Source: Microbacteriaceae bacterium
GTDB lineage: Bacteria; Actinomycetota; Actinomycetes; Actinomycetales; Microbacteriaceae
DNA: 64,000 nt
Direction: 5' to 3'
NCBI GenBank assembly: GCA_035555435.1
Contig: DATMGN010000017.1
Coordinates: forward strand, 10,775 to 74,774
The translations under genes and the position numbers were made by a program. This document shows, in pieces, positions 11,687 through 21,697 of the stretch (within the stretch, counting starts at the first letter, position 1; every line of letters starts with the position of its first letter). Under the pieces are notes generated by a model. The model was not told the DNA's origin. It saw only the letters and a list, made by a program, of their open reading frames with translations, and ran no database searches.

Positions 11687-11733
11687 CTGCGGTTCGTCGA
11701 GCGCGAGCTAGCTGCGGTTCGTCGAGCGCGAGC
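11684..11733. repeat. perfect 25-bp tandem duplication (TAGCTGCGGTTCGTCGAGCGCGAGC x2)
   Basis: Units at 11684-11708 and 11709-11733 are identical. The first begins with the TAG stop of the TadE-like gene. Confidence 0.9.
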
Positions 11734-11744
11734 ACCGCGCGAAC

Positions 11745-12002
11745 TCAGACGACCGGAGTGTCGCGGTCGGTCGTGACGCTCGAGACCCGTTCCCCCGTCG
11801 CCGGATCGACGACGGTGCGGCTCACTGTCTCCGAGCGGCCGCGCCGTGCGAGCAGCACGATCCCGAGGATGATGCCGATCGCGCCCGCGACCATCAGGAT
11901 GTAGCCGATCAGGCTGAGGTCGACCCATTCGACCTCCACATTGACCGCGAACGCGAGGATCGCGCCGATGACGAACACGCCGATGCCGGCTCCAAGGCTC
12001 AT
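11745..12002 (-). CDS. small two-TM membrane protein (DUF6458-like)
   Basis: ATG at comp. 12000-12002 preceded by GAAGGAGGAG. MSLGAGIGVFVIGAILAFAV...LIGYILMVAGAIGIILGIVLL. Confidence 0.6.
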   Translation of the reverse strand: MSLGAGIGVFVIGAILAFAVNVEVEWVDLSLIGYILMVAGAIGIILGIVLLARRGRSETVSRTVVDPATGERVSSVTTDRDTPVV

Positions 12003-12224
12003 GGGATCTCCTCCTTCGTCGGGCATGCCCGTCCAGCCCACTTCGGGTCGGCCGGTCGCCGAGAAGTAGCGTAGAAAGTAGTGCTACGGCACAGCAGGGC
12101 CTTGACTTGCGCGCACCGACATGGCATGGCCGAGTTGTCGAGCCTTGACGGGCGAACGGGAAACGGTGTGTATGGTTTCTGCTCGCAAGCAGTCCGCGTT
12201 GCAACAACAGGGGATAGGAGCGCC

Positions 12225-14897
12225 GTGCCCGGCAAGAAGCTCGTCATCGTCGAGTCGCCCGCCAAGGCGAAGACGATCGGCCAGTACCTCGGTGACGACT
12301 ACGAGGTGCTCGCGTCCGTGGGCCACATCCGGGACATCCCAAAGCCCTCCGAGCTGCCCGCCGACCTGAAGAAGGGCCCCTTCGGCGAGTTCGCCGTCGA
12401 CGTCGAGCACGGCTTCACCCCCTATTACGCGATCTCGCCGCGCAGCTCCAAGACGGTCACCGAGCTCAAGCGCGCGCTCAAGGGCGCCGACGAGCTCTAC
12501 CTCGCGACCGATGAGGACCGCGAGGGCGAGGCGATCGCCTGGCACCTGCTCGAGGTGCTGAAGCCGAAGGTGCCGGTCAAGCGGATGGTCTTCCACGAGA
12601 TCACCAAGGAGGCGATCGCCCGAGCGAAGGACTCGACGCGCGAGATCAATACGGCGCTCGTCGACGCGCAGGAGACCCGGCGCATCATGGACCGGCTGTT
12701 CGGCTGGAAGGCGTCCGATGTCGTTCGCCGCAAGGTCGGGCAGGCCGCGCAGTCGGCGGGCCGTGTGCAGTCGCCGGCCGTGCGTCTCGTCGTCGAGCGC
12801 GAGTGGGAGCGGATCCGCTTCCGCAGCGCCGAGTACTGGGATCTGCTCGCGACGCTCGACCCCGGATTCGATGCGACGCTGCAGCGCATCGCGGGCGAGC
12901 GCATCGCGGGCGGCAGCGACTTCGACCAGCGCGGCGAGCTCGTCAAGCACGCCCGCGTGCTTGGCGGCGCCGAGGCGAAGCGCCTCGCGGAGGCGCTTCG
13001 CGCCCCGGGCACCGAGTTCGAGGTCGTCAGCGTCGAGTCGAAGCCGTTCACCGCGAAGCCTGGCAAGCCGTTCACCACGTCGAGCCTCCAGCAGGAGGCG
13101 GGCCGCAAGCTCAAGTGGTCCTCGAAGCACGTCATGGACGTCGCGCAGTCGCTCTACCAGAACGGCTACATCACATATATGCGGACCGACTCCGTCGCGC
13201 TGTCGGACCAGGCGATCGCCGCGGCGCGGGCTCAGGCGACGGCGTTGTACGGCCCGGCGAGCGTGCCCGACAAGCCGCGCATCTACAAGTCGGCGTCGAA
13301 GAACGCGCAGGAGGCGCACGAGGCGATCCGACCCTCGGGCGAGAGCTTCCGCACTCCCGCATCGCTGAGCGGCGAGCTGCGCGGCGACGAGCTGCGCCTC
13401 TACGAGCTCATCTGGAAGCGCACAGTCGCCTCGCAGATGATCGACGCGACGAAGTCGACGACGACGATCACGCTCGCGGTCGACGCCGCGGGCGAGTCCG
13501 CCGAGTTCACGGCGAGCGGCACCGTCGTGCTCGTCCCCGGCTACCTCCAGGCGTATGAGGAGACCCGCGAGACGGACGACGCCGCCGACAGCGGCGAGGG
13601 CGAGGCAGAACGCCGGCTGCCCGACGTCGCGGTCGGCGCGCGTCTCGCGGTGCGCAGCATCGAGCCGCGGGATCACGCGACGAAGCCGCCCGCGCGCTTC
13701 ACGGAGGCGAGCCTCGTCGCGAAGCTCGAGGACCTCGGCATCGGCCGCCCGTCGACGTACGCGAGCACCATCCAGACGATCCAGAACCGCGGCTACGTCA
13801 AGAAGCAGGGCCAGGCGCTCGTGCCCGAGTGGGTCGCGTTCCCGCTTGTGACGCTGCTCGAGGAGGGCTTCGGCGAGTTCGTCTCCTACGACTACACGCG
13901 GGAGCTCGAGGACGACCTCGATCGTGTCGCGCGGGGCGAGCTCGACCGGGTCGACTGGTTGACGAAGTTCTACTTCGGTGAGGAGGGCCGCGAGGGCCTC
14001 GTCGAGGCGATCGCGGACGCGATCGAGAAGGTCGACCCTCGGGTGCTCAACGGCTATCCGATCACCGACGCGATCAGCGTGCGCGTCGGCAAGTACGGGC
14101 CGTTCCTCGCGGTCGACGAGGGCGGCGAGAAGCCGCGGGCCGTCAACATTCCGGCGGATCTCGCGCCCGATCAGCTCACCCGCGAGAAGGCGGAGGAGCT
14201 CGCGGCGGCACCCGTAGTCGGCGACCGGGTGCTCGGCCAGGACCCCGCGACCGGCTATGACATCGTCGTGAAGGGCGGACGCTTCGGACCGTATGTCACG
14301 GAGGTGCTCCCGGACGAGCTGACGCTCACCAAGTCGGGCAACAAGAAGGCGGGCGCGCCGAAGCCGCGCACCGGCTCGCTCTTCAAGGACATGAACGCGG
14401 AGACGATCGATCTCGATACCGCGCTGCGGCTGCTCAGCCTGCCGCGGATCGTCGGCGAGGACCCGGAGTCGGGCGAGCCGATCACGGCGCAGAACGGCCC
14501 CTACGGCCCGTACCTCAAGCGCGGCACGGACTCGCGCTCGATCGAGTCGGAGTCGCAGATCTTCGAGATCACGCTCGAGGAGGCGCTCGCGATCTACGCG
14601 CAGCCGAAGACGTTCGGCCGGCGCACCGCGTCCTCGGCGCTCGCCGAGTTCGGGCCGGATCCGGTCAGCGGCAAGGTCATCAAGCTCAAGGACGGCCGCT
14701 TCGGCCCGTACGTCACGGACGGCGAGACGAACGCGACGATCCCGCGGGGCGAGGATCTCGCCTCGATCGATCACGAGCGGGCGGTCGCACTGCTGCAGGC
14801 GCGCCGCGACCGCGGTCCGGCGGCGCCGCGGGGCAAGGCGGCCGCGAAGGCCAAGCCGAAGACGGCGACGAAGGCCAAGCCGAAGGCGAAGGCTTGA
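12225..14897 (+). CDS. topA: DNA topoisomerase I
   Basis: GTG 12225 after GGATAGGAG. VPGKKLVIVESPAKAKTIGQYLG (Toprim), YITYMRTDS active-site Tyr region, Lys/Ala-rich C-terminal tail. Confidence 0.95.
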   Translation: MPGKKLVIVESPAKAKTIGQYLGDDYEVLASVGHIRDIPKPSELPADLKKGPFGEFAVDVEHGFTPYYAISPRSSKTVTELKRALKGADELYLATDEDREGEAIAWHLLEVLKPKVPVKRMVFHEITKEAIARAKDSTREINTALVDAQETRRIMDRLFGWKASDVVRRKVGQAAQSAGRVQSPAVRLVVEREWERIRFRSAEYWDLLATLDPGFDATLQRIAGERIAGGSDFDQRGELVKHARVLGGAEAKRLAEALRAPGTEFEVVSVESKPFTAKPGKPFTTSSLQQEAGRKLKWSSKHVMDVAQSLYQNGYITYMRTDSVALSDQAIAAARAQATALYGPASVPDKPRIYKSASKNAQEAHEAIRPSGESFRTPASLSGELRGDELRLYELIWKRTVASQMIDATKSTTTITLAVDAAGESAEFTASGTVVLVPGYLQAYEETRETDDAADSGEGEAERRLPDVAVGARLAVRSIEPRDHATKPPARFTEASLVAKLEDLGIGRPSTYASTIQTIQNRGYVKKQGQALVPEWVAFPLVTLLEEGFGEFVSYDYTRELEDDLDRVARGELDRVDWLTKFYFGEEGREGLVEAIADAIEKVDPRVLNGYPITDAISVRVGKYGPFLAVDEGGEKPRAVNIPADLAPDQLTREKAEELAAAPVVGDRVLGQDPATGYDIVVKGGRFGPYVTEVLPDELTLTKSGNKKAGAPKPRTGSLFKDMNAETIDLDTALRLLSLPRIVGEDPESGEPITAQNGPYGPYLKRGTDSRSIESESQIFEITLEEALAIYAQPKTFGRRTASSALAEFGPDPVSGKVIKLKDGRFGPYVTDGETNATIPRGEDLASIDHERAVALLQARRDRGPAAPRGKAAAKAKPKTATKAKPKAKA

Positions 14898-15520
14898 CCG
14901 GCCGCTTCATCACGTTCGAGGGCGGCGACGGCTCCGGGAAGTCGACCCAGTCGGCGCTGCTCGCCGAGTGGCTCCTGGGGCTCGGCCGGGAGGTGGTGAC
15001 GACGCGCGAGCCGGGGGGTACGGAGCTCGGGGTCGAGATCCGTCACCTCGTGCAGCATCGCCGCGGCCATGTCGCGCCCCGCGCCGAGGCGCTCCTCTAC
15101 GCGGCGGATCGCGCGCACCACATCGCGACGGTCGTGCGTCCGGCGCTGGAGCGCGGCGCGGTCGTCGTGCAGGACCGCTACCTCGACTCCTCGGTCGCCT
15201 ACCAGGGTGCGGGGCGGCAGCTGAATTCCGAGGAGGTGCGCCGCTTGTCGCTCTGGGCGGCGCGGGACCTGCTGCCGGACATGACGTTCCTCCTCGATCT
15301 GGATCCGGCGATCAGCCGCGAGCGGCTCGGGGCGGGCGAGCGCGTCTACGACCGGCTCGAGGCCGAGGGCGGCGATTTCCCGGCGCGGGTGCGGGCGAAG
15401 TATCTGGAGCTCGCGGCGGCCGAGCCGGAGCGCTTCGTCGTGCTCGACGCGACGCTCCCGCTCGCCGAGCTCGCCGGGACGATCCGCACCCACGTCTCGA
15501 CGCTCCTGGACCGGGAGTAG
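14894..15520 (+). CDS. tmk: dTMP kinase
   Basis: 208 aa. ITFEGGDGSGKSTQ P-loop, DRYLDSSVAYQG. Confidence 0.9.
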   Translation: MTGRFITFEGGDGSGKSTQSALLAEWLLGLGREVVTTREPGGTELGVEIRHLVQHRRGHVAPRAEALLYAADRAHHIATVVRPALERGAVVVQDRYLDSSVAYQGAGRQLNSEEVRRLSLWAARDLLPDMTFLLDLDPAISRERLGAGERVYDRLEAEGGDFPARVRAKYLELAAAEPERFVVLDATLPLAELAGTIRTHVSTLLDRE

Positions 15521-15597
15521 TCGGGCGTTCACGGGCCATAGGCCCGCGACGGTAGTCGTGCTCGTGCACGGCGGAATGGTCGGGGGAGGCGGGTAGC

Positions 15598-16752
15598 GTG
15601 TGTGGCGTGCGCCCCGATCCCAAGCTCGACGAGCTGACCGGCCAGGAGGAGGCGGTGCGCATCGTCGAAGCGGCGGCCGCCTCGGACCAGCTCGCGCACT
15701 CATGGCTCATCACGGGCCCGCCCGGCTCGGGCCGGTCGACCCTCGCGTACGCGTTCGCCGCGCTGCTGCTCGGTCAGGGCGAGGACGACGGGGGCGCGCG
15801 CGCCCGCGCCATGGTCGAGGCGCGCACGCACCCGGACCTCTCGGCGCTCGCGACCGACCGCGTCGTCATCACGATGGACGAGGTGCGCCGGCTCGTCGCG
15901 ACGAGCCAGTACTCGCCGTCGGTCGCGCGCTGGCGCGTCGTCGTGATCGAGGACGCCGACCGCATGGCCGAGCGCACGTCGAACGTGCTGCTGAAGGCCC
16001 TGGAGGAGCCGCCGCCGCGCACCGTGTGGATCCTCTGCGCGCCGAGCGAGGCGGACCTGCTGCCGACGATCCGCTCGCGCGTGCGCACCCTGCGCCTCCG
16101 GGTGCCGGCGGTCGACGACGTGGCCAGGCTGCTCGTCGAGCGCGACGGCGTCGAGCCCGAGCTCGCCGAGCGGGTGGCGCGCGAGGCGCAGTCGCACATC
16201 GGCATGGCGCTGCGGCTCGCGCGGGACCCGGATGCGCGGGCGCGGCGTGCCCGCACGGTCGAGCTCGCCCTGTCGATCCGCGACGTGGGCGATGCGGCGC
16301 GGGGCGCGGGCGAGCTGCTGGAGATCGCGAAGGCGGACGCGGAGGCGTACGGCGCGCAGCAGGATGAGGCGGAGCGCGACGCGCTGCTGCGCACGCTCGG
16401 CATCGAGCCGGGCGGCACGATCCCGCCGGCGCTGCGGGCGCAGGTGCGCCAGCTCGAGGAGGACCAGAAGCGCCGTGCGACGCGGAGTCTGCGCGACGGC
16501 GTCGACCGCGTGCTCGTCGATCTCCTCTCGGTAGAACGCGATGTCCTGCTCGGCGCGCTCGGCGTCCCCGAGGGGTTCGTCAACCGCTCGGCGCAGGTGC
16601 AGCTCGCCGCGCGCGCCGAGGGTACGACGCCCGCGGCGGCGCTGCGCGCGCTCGATGCGATCGCGACGGCCCGCCGGCGGATCGAGGGCAACATCCCGCC
16701 GCTGCTCGCGCTGGAGGCGATGCTCATGTCGTTCAGAAGTGCGACTCGCTAG
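15598..16752 (+). CDS. holB: DNA polymerase III subunit delta prime
   Basis: 384 aa. AHSWLITGPPGSGRSTLAYAFA, VVVIEDADRM, SNVLLKALEEPP, ILCAPSEADLLPTIRSR. Confidence 0.88.
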   Translation: MCGVRPDPKLDELTGQEEAVRIVEAAAASDQLAHSWLITGPPGSGRSTLAYAFAALLLGQGEDDGGARARAMVEARTHPDLSALATDRVVITMDEVRRLVATSQYSPSVARWRVVVIEDADRMAERTSNVLLKALEEPPPRTVWILCAPSEADLLPTIRSRVRTLRLRVPAVDDVARLLVERDGVEPELAERVAREAQSHIGMALRLARDPDARARRARTVELALSIRDVGDAARGAGELLEIAKADAEAYGAQQDEAERDALLRTLGIEPGGTIPPALRAQVRQLEEDQKRRATRSLRDGVDRVLVDLLSVERDVLLGALGVPEGFVNRSAQVQLAARAEGTTPAAALRALDAIATARRRIEGNIPPLLALEAMLMSFRSATR

Positions 16753-16762
16753 GCTCGCCGCC

Positions 16763-18361
16763 ATGCCGCGCCGTCCAGCCCGTCCCGCCCGCATCCTCGG
16801 CCTCAGTGCAGCGGCGCTGGCCGCCCTCCTCGCCCTCGCCGGCTGCTACAACGGCGGCTCGCCGTTCTTCGGGCCGCGCGAGACGCCGGCGACGGCGACC
16901 CCGACGCCGTCGAGCGGTCCCTTCGCCGCCTACTTCGACCAGGTCGTCGACTGGCGGGCGTGCGACGCGGGGTTCGAGTGCGCGACGATCGCCGCGCCGC
17001 TGGACTGGGAGGACGAGTCGGACGAGCGCTCGCTCGACATCGCCGTCATCCGGCACCGCGCGAGTTCGACCGACCGGCTCGGCACGCTCTTCGTGAACCC
17101 GGGCGGGCCGGGCGCTTCCGGGGTCGACTTCGTCCGCGACTACGACTTCTGGTTCGTGAGCCCGGAGATCGTCGAGCGCTACGACATCGTCGGCTGGGAC
17201 CCCCGCGGCGCGGGGCGCACGGCGCCGGTCACCTGCTACACGGACCCCGACGACATCTCCGACTTCCTCTACGGGGTGCCCACCGTCGACCCGCAGGCGG
17301 ATCCCGAGGGCTGGGTCGACGAGCAGCTCGCGGCGGGCGCCGACTACGCGCAGGCGTGCCTCGCGGGCTCCGGGGAGAGTCTGGAGTTCGTCGACACCCT
17401 GTCGACGGTCCGGGATCTCGAGCTCATGCGCGCGCTGTCGGGGGATCCGGTGCTCAACTACCTCGGCTACTCCTACGGGACGGCGATCGGCGCGATCTAT
17501 GTCGACGAGTACCCGGAGCGCGTCGGCCGGGCGGTGCTCGACGGCGTGATGGACCGGGAGTCGGACCTCGCGACGCTCGCGATCTCGCAGCAGGCCGGGT
17601 TCGAGCGGGCGCTCACGAACTTCGTGCGCGGCTGCCCGGCGTTCTCCGACTGCCCGCTGTCGGGTGATCCCACCGTCGACCTCCCGCGCATCCACGCGGT
17701 GCTGGAGCAGTTCGAGGCGTCGCCCGTGTCGGGCGGCACGGCGGCGGCGGGCCGCGCGATGACGGGCCAGTCGCTCTCGACCGGCATGCTGCAGGCCTTG
17801 TACTCCGAGTCGCTGTGGCCGGCGCTCTCGACGCTGCTGTCGGAGGTGCTGCGGCCGGTCCCCGTCACGGAGACCGCCTGGCAGCTCGCCGACATGTACA
17901 ACGACTTCACGCCCGGCGTCGGGCTCGGGTCCAACATCCAGGATGCGCTCTGGGCGATCTACTGCGTCGACTATCCGGTCGAGCTCGACCCGGCGCGCCT
18001 CGCGGACCAGCAGGCGCGGCTCGCCGAGGCGGCGCCGACGCTCACCCTCGACCTGCCGGCGATGCCGGACCCCGTGTGCTCGCAGTGGCCGTTCGAGTAC
18101 CGCGGCGGCCAGCACGACCGGCTCACGGGCGCGGGTGCGGCCCCCGTGCTCATCATCTCGACGACGGGCGACCCGGCGACCCCGTACGAGGAGGGCGTGA
18201 AGCTCTCCGAGGACCTCGATTCGGGCGTACTCGTCTCGTTCGAGGGGGAGGGTCACACCGCCTACAGCCGCTACGGCGACCAGTGCATCGTCGATGCGGT
18301 GGACGGGTATCTGCTGCGGGGCGTGGTGCCGAGCGACGGGACCTGGTGCGAGTCGTTCTGA
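16763..18361 (+). CDS. secreted alpha/beta hydrolase lipoprotein (tripeptidyl-aminopeptidase-like)
   Basis: ATG 16763 gives MPRRPARPARILGLSAAALAALLALAGC (lipobox). Nucleophile elbow GYSYGT. The track start 16541 overlaps holB. Confidence 0.8.
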   Translation: MPRRPARPARILGLSAAALAALLALAGCYNGGSPFFGPRETPATATPTPSSGPFAAYFDQVVDWRACDAGFECATIAAPLDWEDESDERSLDIAVIRHRASSTDRLGTLFVNPGGPGASGVDFVRDYDFWFVSPEIVERYDIVGWDPRGAGRTAPVTCYTDPDDISDFLYGVPTVDPQADPEGWVDEQLAAGADYAQACLAGSGESLEFVDTLSTVRDLELMRALSGDPVLNYLGYSYGTAIGAIYVDEYPERVGRAVLDGVMDRESDLATLAISQQAGFERALTNFVRGCPAFSDCPLSGDPTVDLPRIHAVLEQFEASPVSGGTAAAGRAMTGQSLSTGMLQALYSESLWPALSTLLSEVLRPVPVTETAWQLADMYNDFTPGVGLGSNIQDALWAIYCVDYPVELDPARLADQQARLAEAAPTLTLDLPAMPDPVCSQWPFEYRGGQHDRLTGAGAAPVLIISTTGDPATPYEEGVKLSEDLDSGVLVSFEGEGHTAYSRYGDQCIVDAVDGYLLRGVVPSDGTWCESF

Positions 18362-18410
18362 GGCCGCCGATGCGCGGGAGGATCGCGTTCTGATCTGAGG
18401 GTTGCTTTTT

Positions 18411-18474
18411 TTCTACGCATGTAGAAATATCTCGGTAACAACCGTGACATCCATTGTCTACATCCGTAGGAAAT
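18411..18474. promoter_or_regulatory. two copies of an inverted-repeat operator-like motif upstream of the Liv-type operon
   Basis: TTTCTAC-GCAT-GTAGAAA (18411-18428) and TCTAC-ATCC-GTAGGAAA (18458-18474) in a conspicuously AT-rich 180-bp intergenic region. Confidence 0.5.
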
Positions 18475-18540
18475 ATTGGTCAACGTGGACCCCATCTGGC
18501 AAGAGCCGGCTGCCGACGCCGAACTGAAGGCGCCGACGCG

Positions 18541-19407
18541 ATGAGCGGCGTCTTCTTCCTGCAGCAGCTCCTCAACGGACTGAGCTTCGGCGCGCTGCTC
18601 TTCCTCATCGCGAGCGGATTCACGCTCATCTTCGGCCTCATGCGCATCTCGAACCTCGCGCACGGGGCGTTCTACCTCGTCGGCGCGTACACCGCGGTCG
18701 TCACGGTCGCGGCGACCCACAACTTCTGGCTCGGCCTCGGCGCGGGCGCCGTCGTCGCGGCCGTCATCGGGTTCGGGCTCGAACGCGGTCTGCTGCGGCG
18801 CGTGCGCGGCCGCGAGATGCCCGAGGTGCTGCTCACCGTCGGCGTCCTCTTCGTCATCGCCGACGTCGTGCTGTGGATCTTCGGCGGCGACCCCAAGTCG
18901 GTCAACTCCGGCAACGGCGCCCCCTCGGGTGCTCTCGTCATCGGCGACTTCACCTACCCCCAGTACCGGCTCTTCATCATCGGCGTGACCCTCGTCATCG
19001 GCACGGCGCTCTTCCTCGCCCAGCGCTACTCGAAGTTCGGGGCCGTCGTGCGCGCGGGCGTCGACAACCGGGAGGCGGCGTCCGCGCTCGGCATCAACAT
19101 CGACCGCGTCTTCACCTGGGTCTTCGTCGTCGGCGCCGCGCTCGCCGGCATCGCGGGAGCGATCGGCTCGGGGCTCCTCAGCCTCAGCCCGACGTCGGGC
19201 ACCGAGATGCTGCTCTACGCGATGGTCGTCGTCATCGTCGGCGGCCTCGGCTCGATCACGGGCGCCGCCGTCGGCGCCGTGCTCATCGGGCTCATCGACG
19301 CCTTCACGAAGGTGCTCTTCCCCGAGTTCGCCTACTTCACGATCTTCGCCCCGATGGGCCTCATCCTCGTCTTCCGTCCTCAGGGGCTGTTCGGGAGGGC
19401 GGCATGA
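18541..19407 (+). CDS. livH: branched-chain amino acid ABC transporter permease (LivH type)
   Basis: MSGVFFLQQLLNGLSFGALLFLIASGFTLIFGLMRISNLAHGAFYLVGAY. Confidence 0.85.
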   Translation: MSGVFFLQQLLNGLSFGALLFLIASGFTLIFGLMRISNLAHGAFYLVGAYTAVVTVAATHNFWLGLGAGAVVAAVIGFGLERGLLRRVRGREMPEVLLTVGVLFVIADVVLWIFGGDPKSVNSGNGAPSGALVIGDFTYPQYRLFIIGVTLVIGTALFLAQRYSKFGAVVRAGVDNREAASALGINIDRVFTWVFVVGAALAGIAGAIGSGLLSLSPTSGTEMLLYAMVVVIVGGLGSITGAAVGAVLIGLIDAFTKVLFPEFAYFTIFAPMGLILVFRPQGLFGRAA

Positions 19408-20426
19408 GCGAGCGCACCCGCACCGTCGTCAAGTGGACCGTCATCGTCGCCCTCGTCGCGATCGCCTGCGTCTTCCCCTACGTGCTCGGCAGCTACTACG
19501 TCTCGCTGCTGTCGATCGCGTTCATCGCCGCAATCCTCGCGAGCAGCATCAACGTGCTCGCGGGGAACGTCGGTCTCGTCTCGCTCGGGCACGCCGGCAT
19601 CGCCGCGGCGTCCGGCTACGGGCTCGCCTGGGCGTACCGGCAAGGCTGGGACCTCTGGGGCCAGCTCGGCATGGCGCTGCTCATGACCGCCCTCGCGAGC
19701 GTCATCTACGGGCTCATCTCGATGCGCACCCGCGGCATCTCGTTCCTCATGGTGACGCTCGCCGCGGGGATGATCGTCTACGGCATGGCCTACCGCTGGT
19801 CCTCGGTCACGGGCGGGACCAACGGGCTGCCCGGCATCCGGCGCCCGACGGGCATCGCGACGTACTGGGAGTTCTACTTTCTCGTGCTGGTCGCGTTCCT
19901 CGTCATCACGGTCGCGCTCGTCATCGTCGGCCGCTCCTCCTTCGGGCTCACGCTCAAGGGCATCCGCGACAGCGAGAGCCGGATGGTGAGCCTCGGCTAC
20001 AACGTCCCGATGTACAAGTTCGGCGCGATGCTCGTCTCGGGCGCGGTCGCGGGCATCGCGGGCGTCCTCGCCGTCTGGGACAGCGAGTTCATCAGCCCGG
20101 TCTCCGCCGGCTTCGCGGAATCTGCCATGAGCATGATCATGGTCGCGCTCGGCGGCATCGGGACCGTGATCGGCCCGCTCGTCGGGGCGGTGCTCGTGGT
20201 CTTCTTCCAGCACGTCCTGTCGAGCGTGTTCGAGCGCTGGCAGACGCTGCTCGGGATCCTCTTCATCCTCTCCGTCATCTTCGCGCCGCAGGGCATCGTC
20301 GGCGGGGTCTCCGACCTCGTCCGGCGGATCCGGCGACGGATCGGCGGGCCCGGCCCCGAGGTCCTCGCCGTCGACTTCCTTCCCACTCCGAACCACCGAA
20401 GCAACACTCGAAAGGACAAGCGATGA
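19404..20426 (+). CDS. livM: branched-chain amino acid ABC transporter permease (LivM type)
   Basis: ATG 19404 overlaps the livH stop. ...SINVLAGNVGLVSLGHAGIAA..., many TM segments. Confidence 0.85.
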   Translation: MSERTRTVVKWTVIVALVAIACVFPYVLGSYYVSLLSIAFIAAILASSINVLAGNVGLVSLGHAGIAAASGYGLAWAYRQGWDLWGQLGMALLMTALASVIYGLISMRTRGISFLMVTLAAGMIVYGMAYRWSSVTGGTNGLPGIRRPTGIATYWEFYFLVLVAFLVITVALVIVGRSSFGLTLKGIRDSESRMVSLGYNVPMYKFGAMLVSGAVAGIAGVLAVWDSEFISPVSAGFAESAMSMIMVALGGIGTVIGPLVGAVLVVFFQHVLSSVFERWQTLLGILFILSVIFAPQGIVGGVSDLVRRIRRRIGGPGPEVLAVDFLPTPNHRSNTRKDKR

Positions 20427-21697
20427 TCCGCAAGATAACCGCTGCCGCGGGGGTGACGTTCGCCGCCGCACTCGCCCTCACTGCGTGCGCGCCGTCGGCC
20501 GACCTCAGCGGCGGCCCCGCGTCGACGGACGCTCCGGCGTCCGGTGAGACCTTCCGCGTCGGCGTGCTTGCGCCGATGACCTCGTGGGCCGGCGCCATCG
20601 GCGTCGACATGCAGCAGGGCTGGGAGATGTTCCTCGCCGACCAGGGCACCGAGATCGGCAACTTCACGATCGAGACCGTCTGGGAGGACACCGCGAGCGA
20701 CCCCGACACGGCGCTCACGAAGGCGCGGAAGCTCGTCGAGGAGAACCAGGTCGACGTCGTGATCGGCCCGGTGCTCGCGAGCGAGGGCCTCGTCGTCGGC
20801 GACTACCTGACCCAGGCCGGGGTCGTGAACCTCGCGATGACCGCCGCGGACGACCTCACGCAGCGACTCGCCTCGCCGCTCGTGATCCGCACCGGATCGT
20901 TCACCGCGAGCCAGATGTCCTTCCCCGCCGGCGACTGGGCCGCGGAGCAGGGCTACACGTCCGCGGCGACCATCTGCGTCGACTACGCCTTCGGCTGGGA
21001 GAGCTGCGGCGGCTTCGTCTCCGCGTTCACCGCGGCTGGCGGCACGGTGACCGACCAGCTCTGGTACCCGGGCGACGCCTCGGACCTCAGCAGCTACGTG
21101 AGCCAGCTCGGCAGTCTCGACGTCGACGTTATCTTCGTCGGCTCGGCGGGCGGCACCGACAGCTCGAACTTCTTCCGCACCGCGAACGACTTCGGCCTGC
21201 TCTCGAAGACGCCGATCGTCAGCAACTGCTGCACGACCGACCAGGCGATCCTCGAGGATGTCGGCGACATCGCGCTCGGACAGATCTCCGCGTCGTTCTA
21301 CGCGGAGGGCAATGACGACCCGGTCGTCGCTGGCTTCGTCGAGCAGTACGAGGCGGAGTACGGCATCCTGCCGTCGCTCTACTCCTTCGCGGTGTACTCG
21401 ACGGGTCAGATGCTCTACGACGTGCTCGCCGACGCTTCGACGAAGCCCACGGGCGAGACGCTCGCGGACGCGATCCGCGGCGTCGACCTCGGCTCGACGA
21501 TCATCGGCTCCGGCTCGCTCGACGAGTACGGCAACCCCGTCGGACCGGTCTTCATCCGCGAGGTCGTCAAGCGCGCGGACGGCTCGCTCGTCAACGCGGT
21601 GATCGACACCTACGACAACGTCAGCCAGTTCTGGACGTTCGATCCGGCGGCCTACCTCGCGAACCCGCCGTTCAGCCAGGAGTTCCAGCAGCAATGA
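20423..21697 (+). CDS. ABC transporter substrate-binding lipoprotein (LivK/amide-urea family)
   Basis: MIRKITAAAGVTFAAALALTAC lipobox. Periplasmic_binding_6-like sequence. Confidence 0.8.
   Translation: MIRKITAAAGVTFAAALALTACAPSADLSGGPASTDAPASGETFRVGVLAPMTSWAGAIGVDMQQGWEMFLADQGTEIGNFTIETVWEDTASDPDTALTKARKLVEENQVDVVIGPVLASEGLVVGDYLTQAGVVNLAMTAADDLTQRLASPLVIRTGSFTASQMSFPAGDWAAEQGYTSAATICVDYAFGWESCGGFVSAFTAAGGTVTDQLWYPGDASDLSSYVSQLGSLDVDVIFVGSAGGTDSSNFFRTANDFGLLSKTPIVSNCCTTDQAILEDVGDIALGQISASFYAEGNDDPVVAGFVEQYEAEYGILPSLYSFAVYSTGQMLYDVLADASTKPTGETLADAIRGVDLGSTIIGSGSLDEYGNPVGPVFIREVVKRADGSLVNAVIDTYDNVSQFWTFDPAAYLANPPFSQEFQQQ

Noticed and set aside
10484-11733. Tandem repeats as a CRISPR array
   Set aside because: There are only 2-3 directly abutting units with no spacers, and no cas genes in the window.
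12084-14774. 896-aa minus-strand ORF (largest in the track)
   Set aside because: Exactly antisense to topA. The translation is an Arg/Leu/Asp/Glu repeat-like mirror with no motifs.
15700-18256. Long minus-strand ORFs 15700-16794, 15774-16727 and 16733-18256
   Set aside because: Antisense to holB and the hydrolase. Arg-rich junk with no start context.
19997-21694. 565-aa minus-strand ORF and 754-aa plus-strand ORF 19433-21697
   Set aside because: The minus ORF is antisense to the binding-protein gene. The N-terminal 330 codons of the plus ORF are an out-of-frame read through livM. The true start is ATG 20423, which gives a lipobox.
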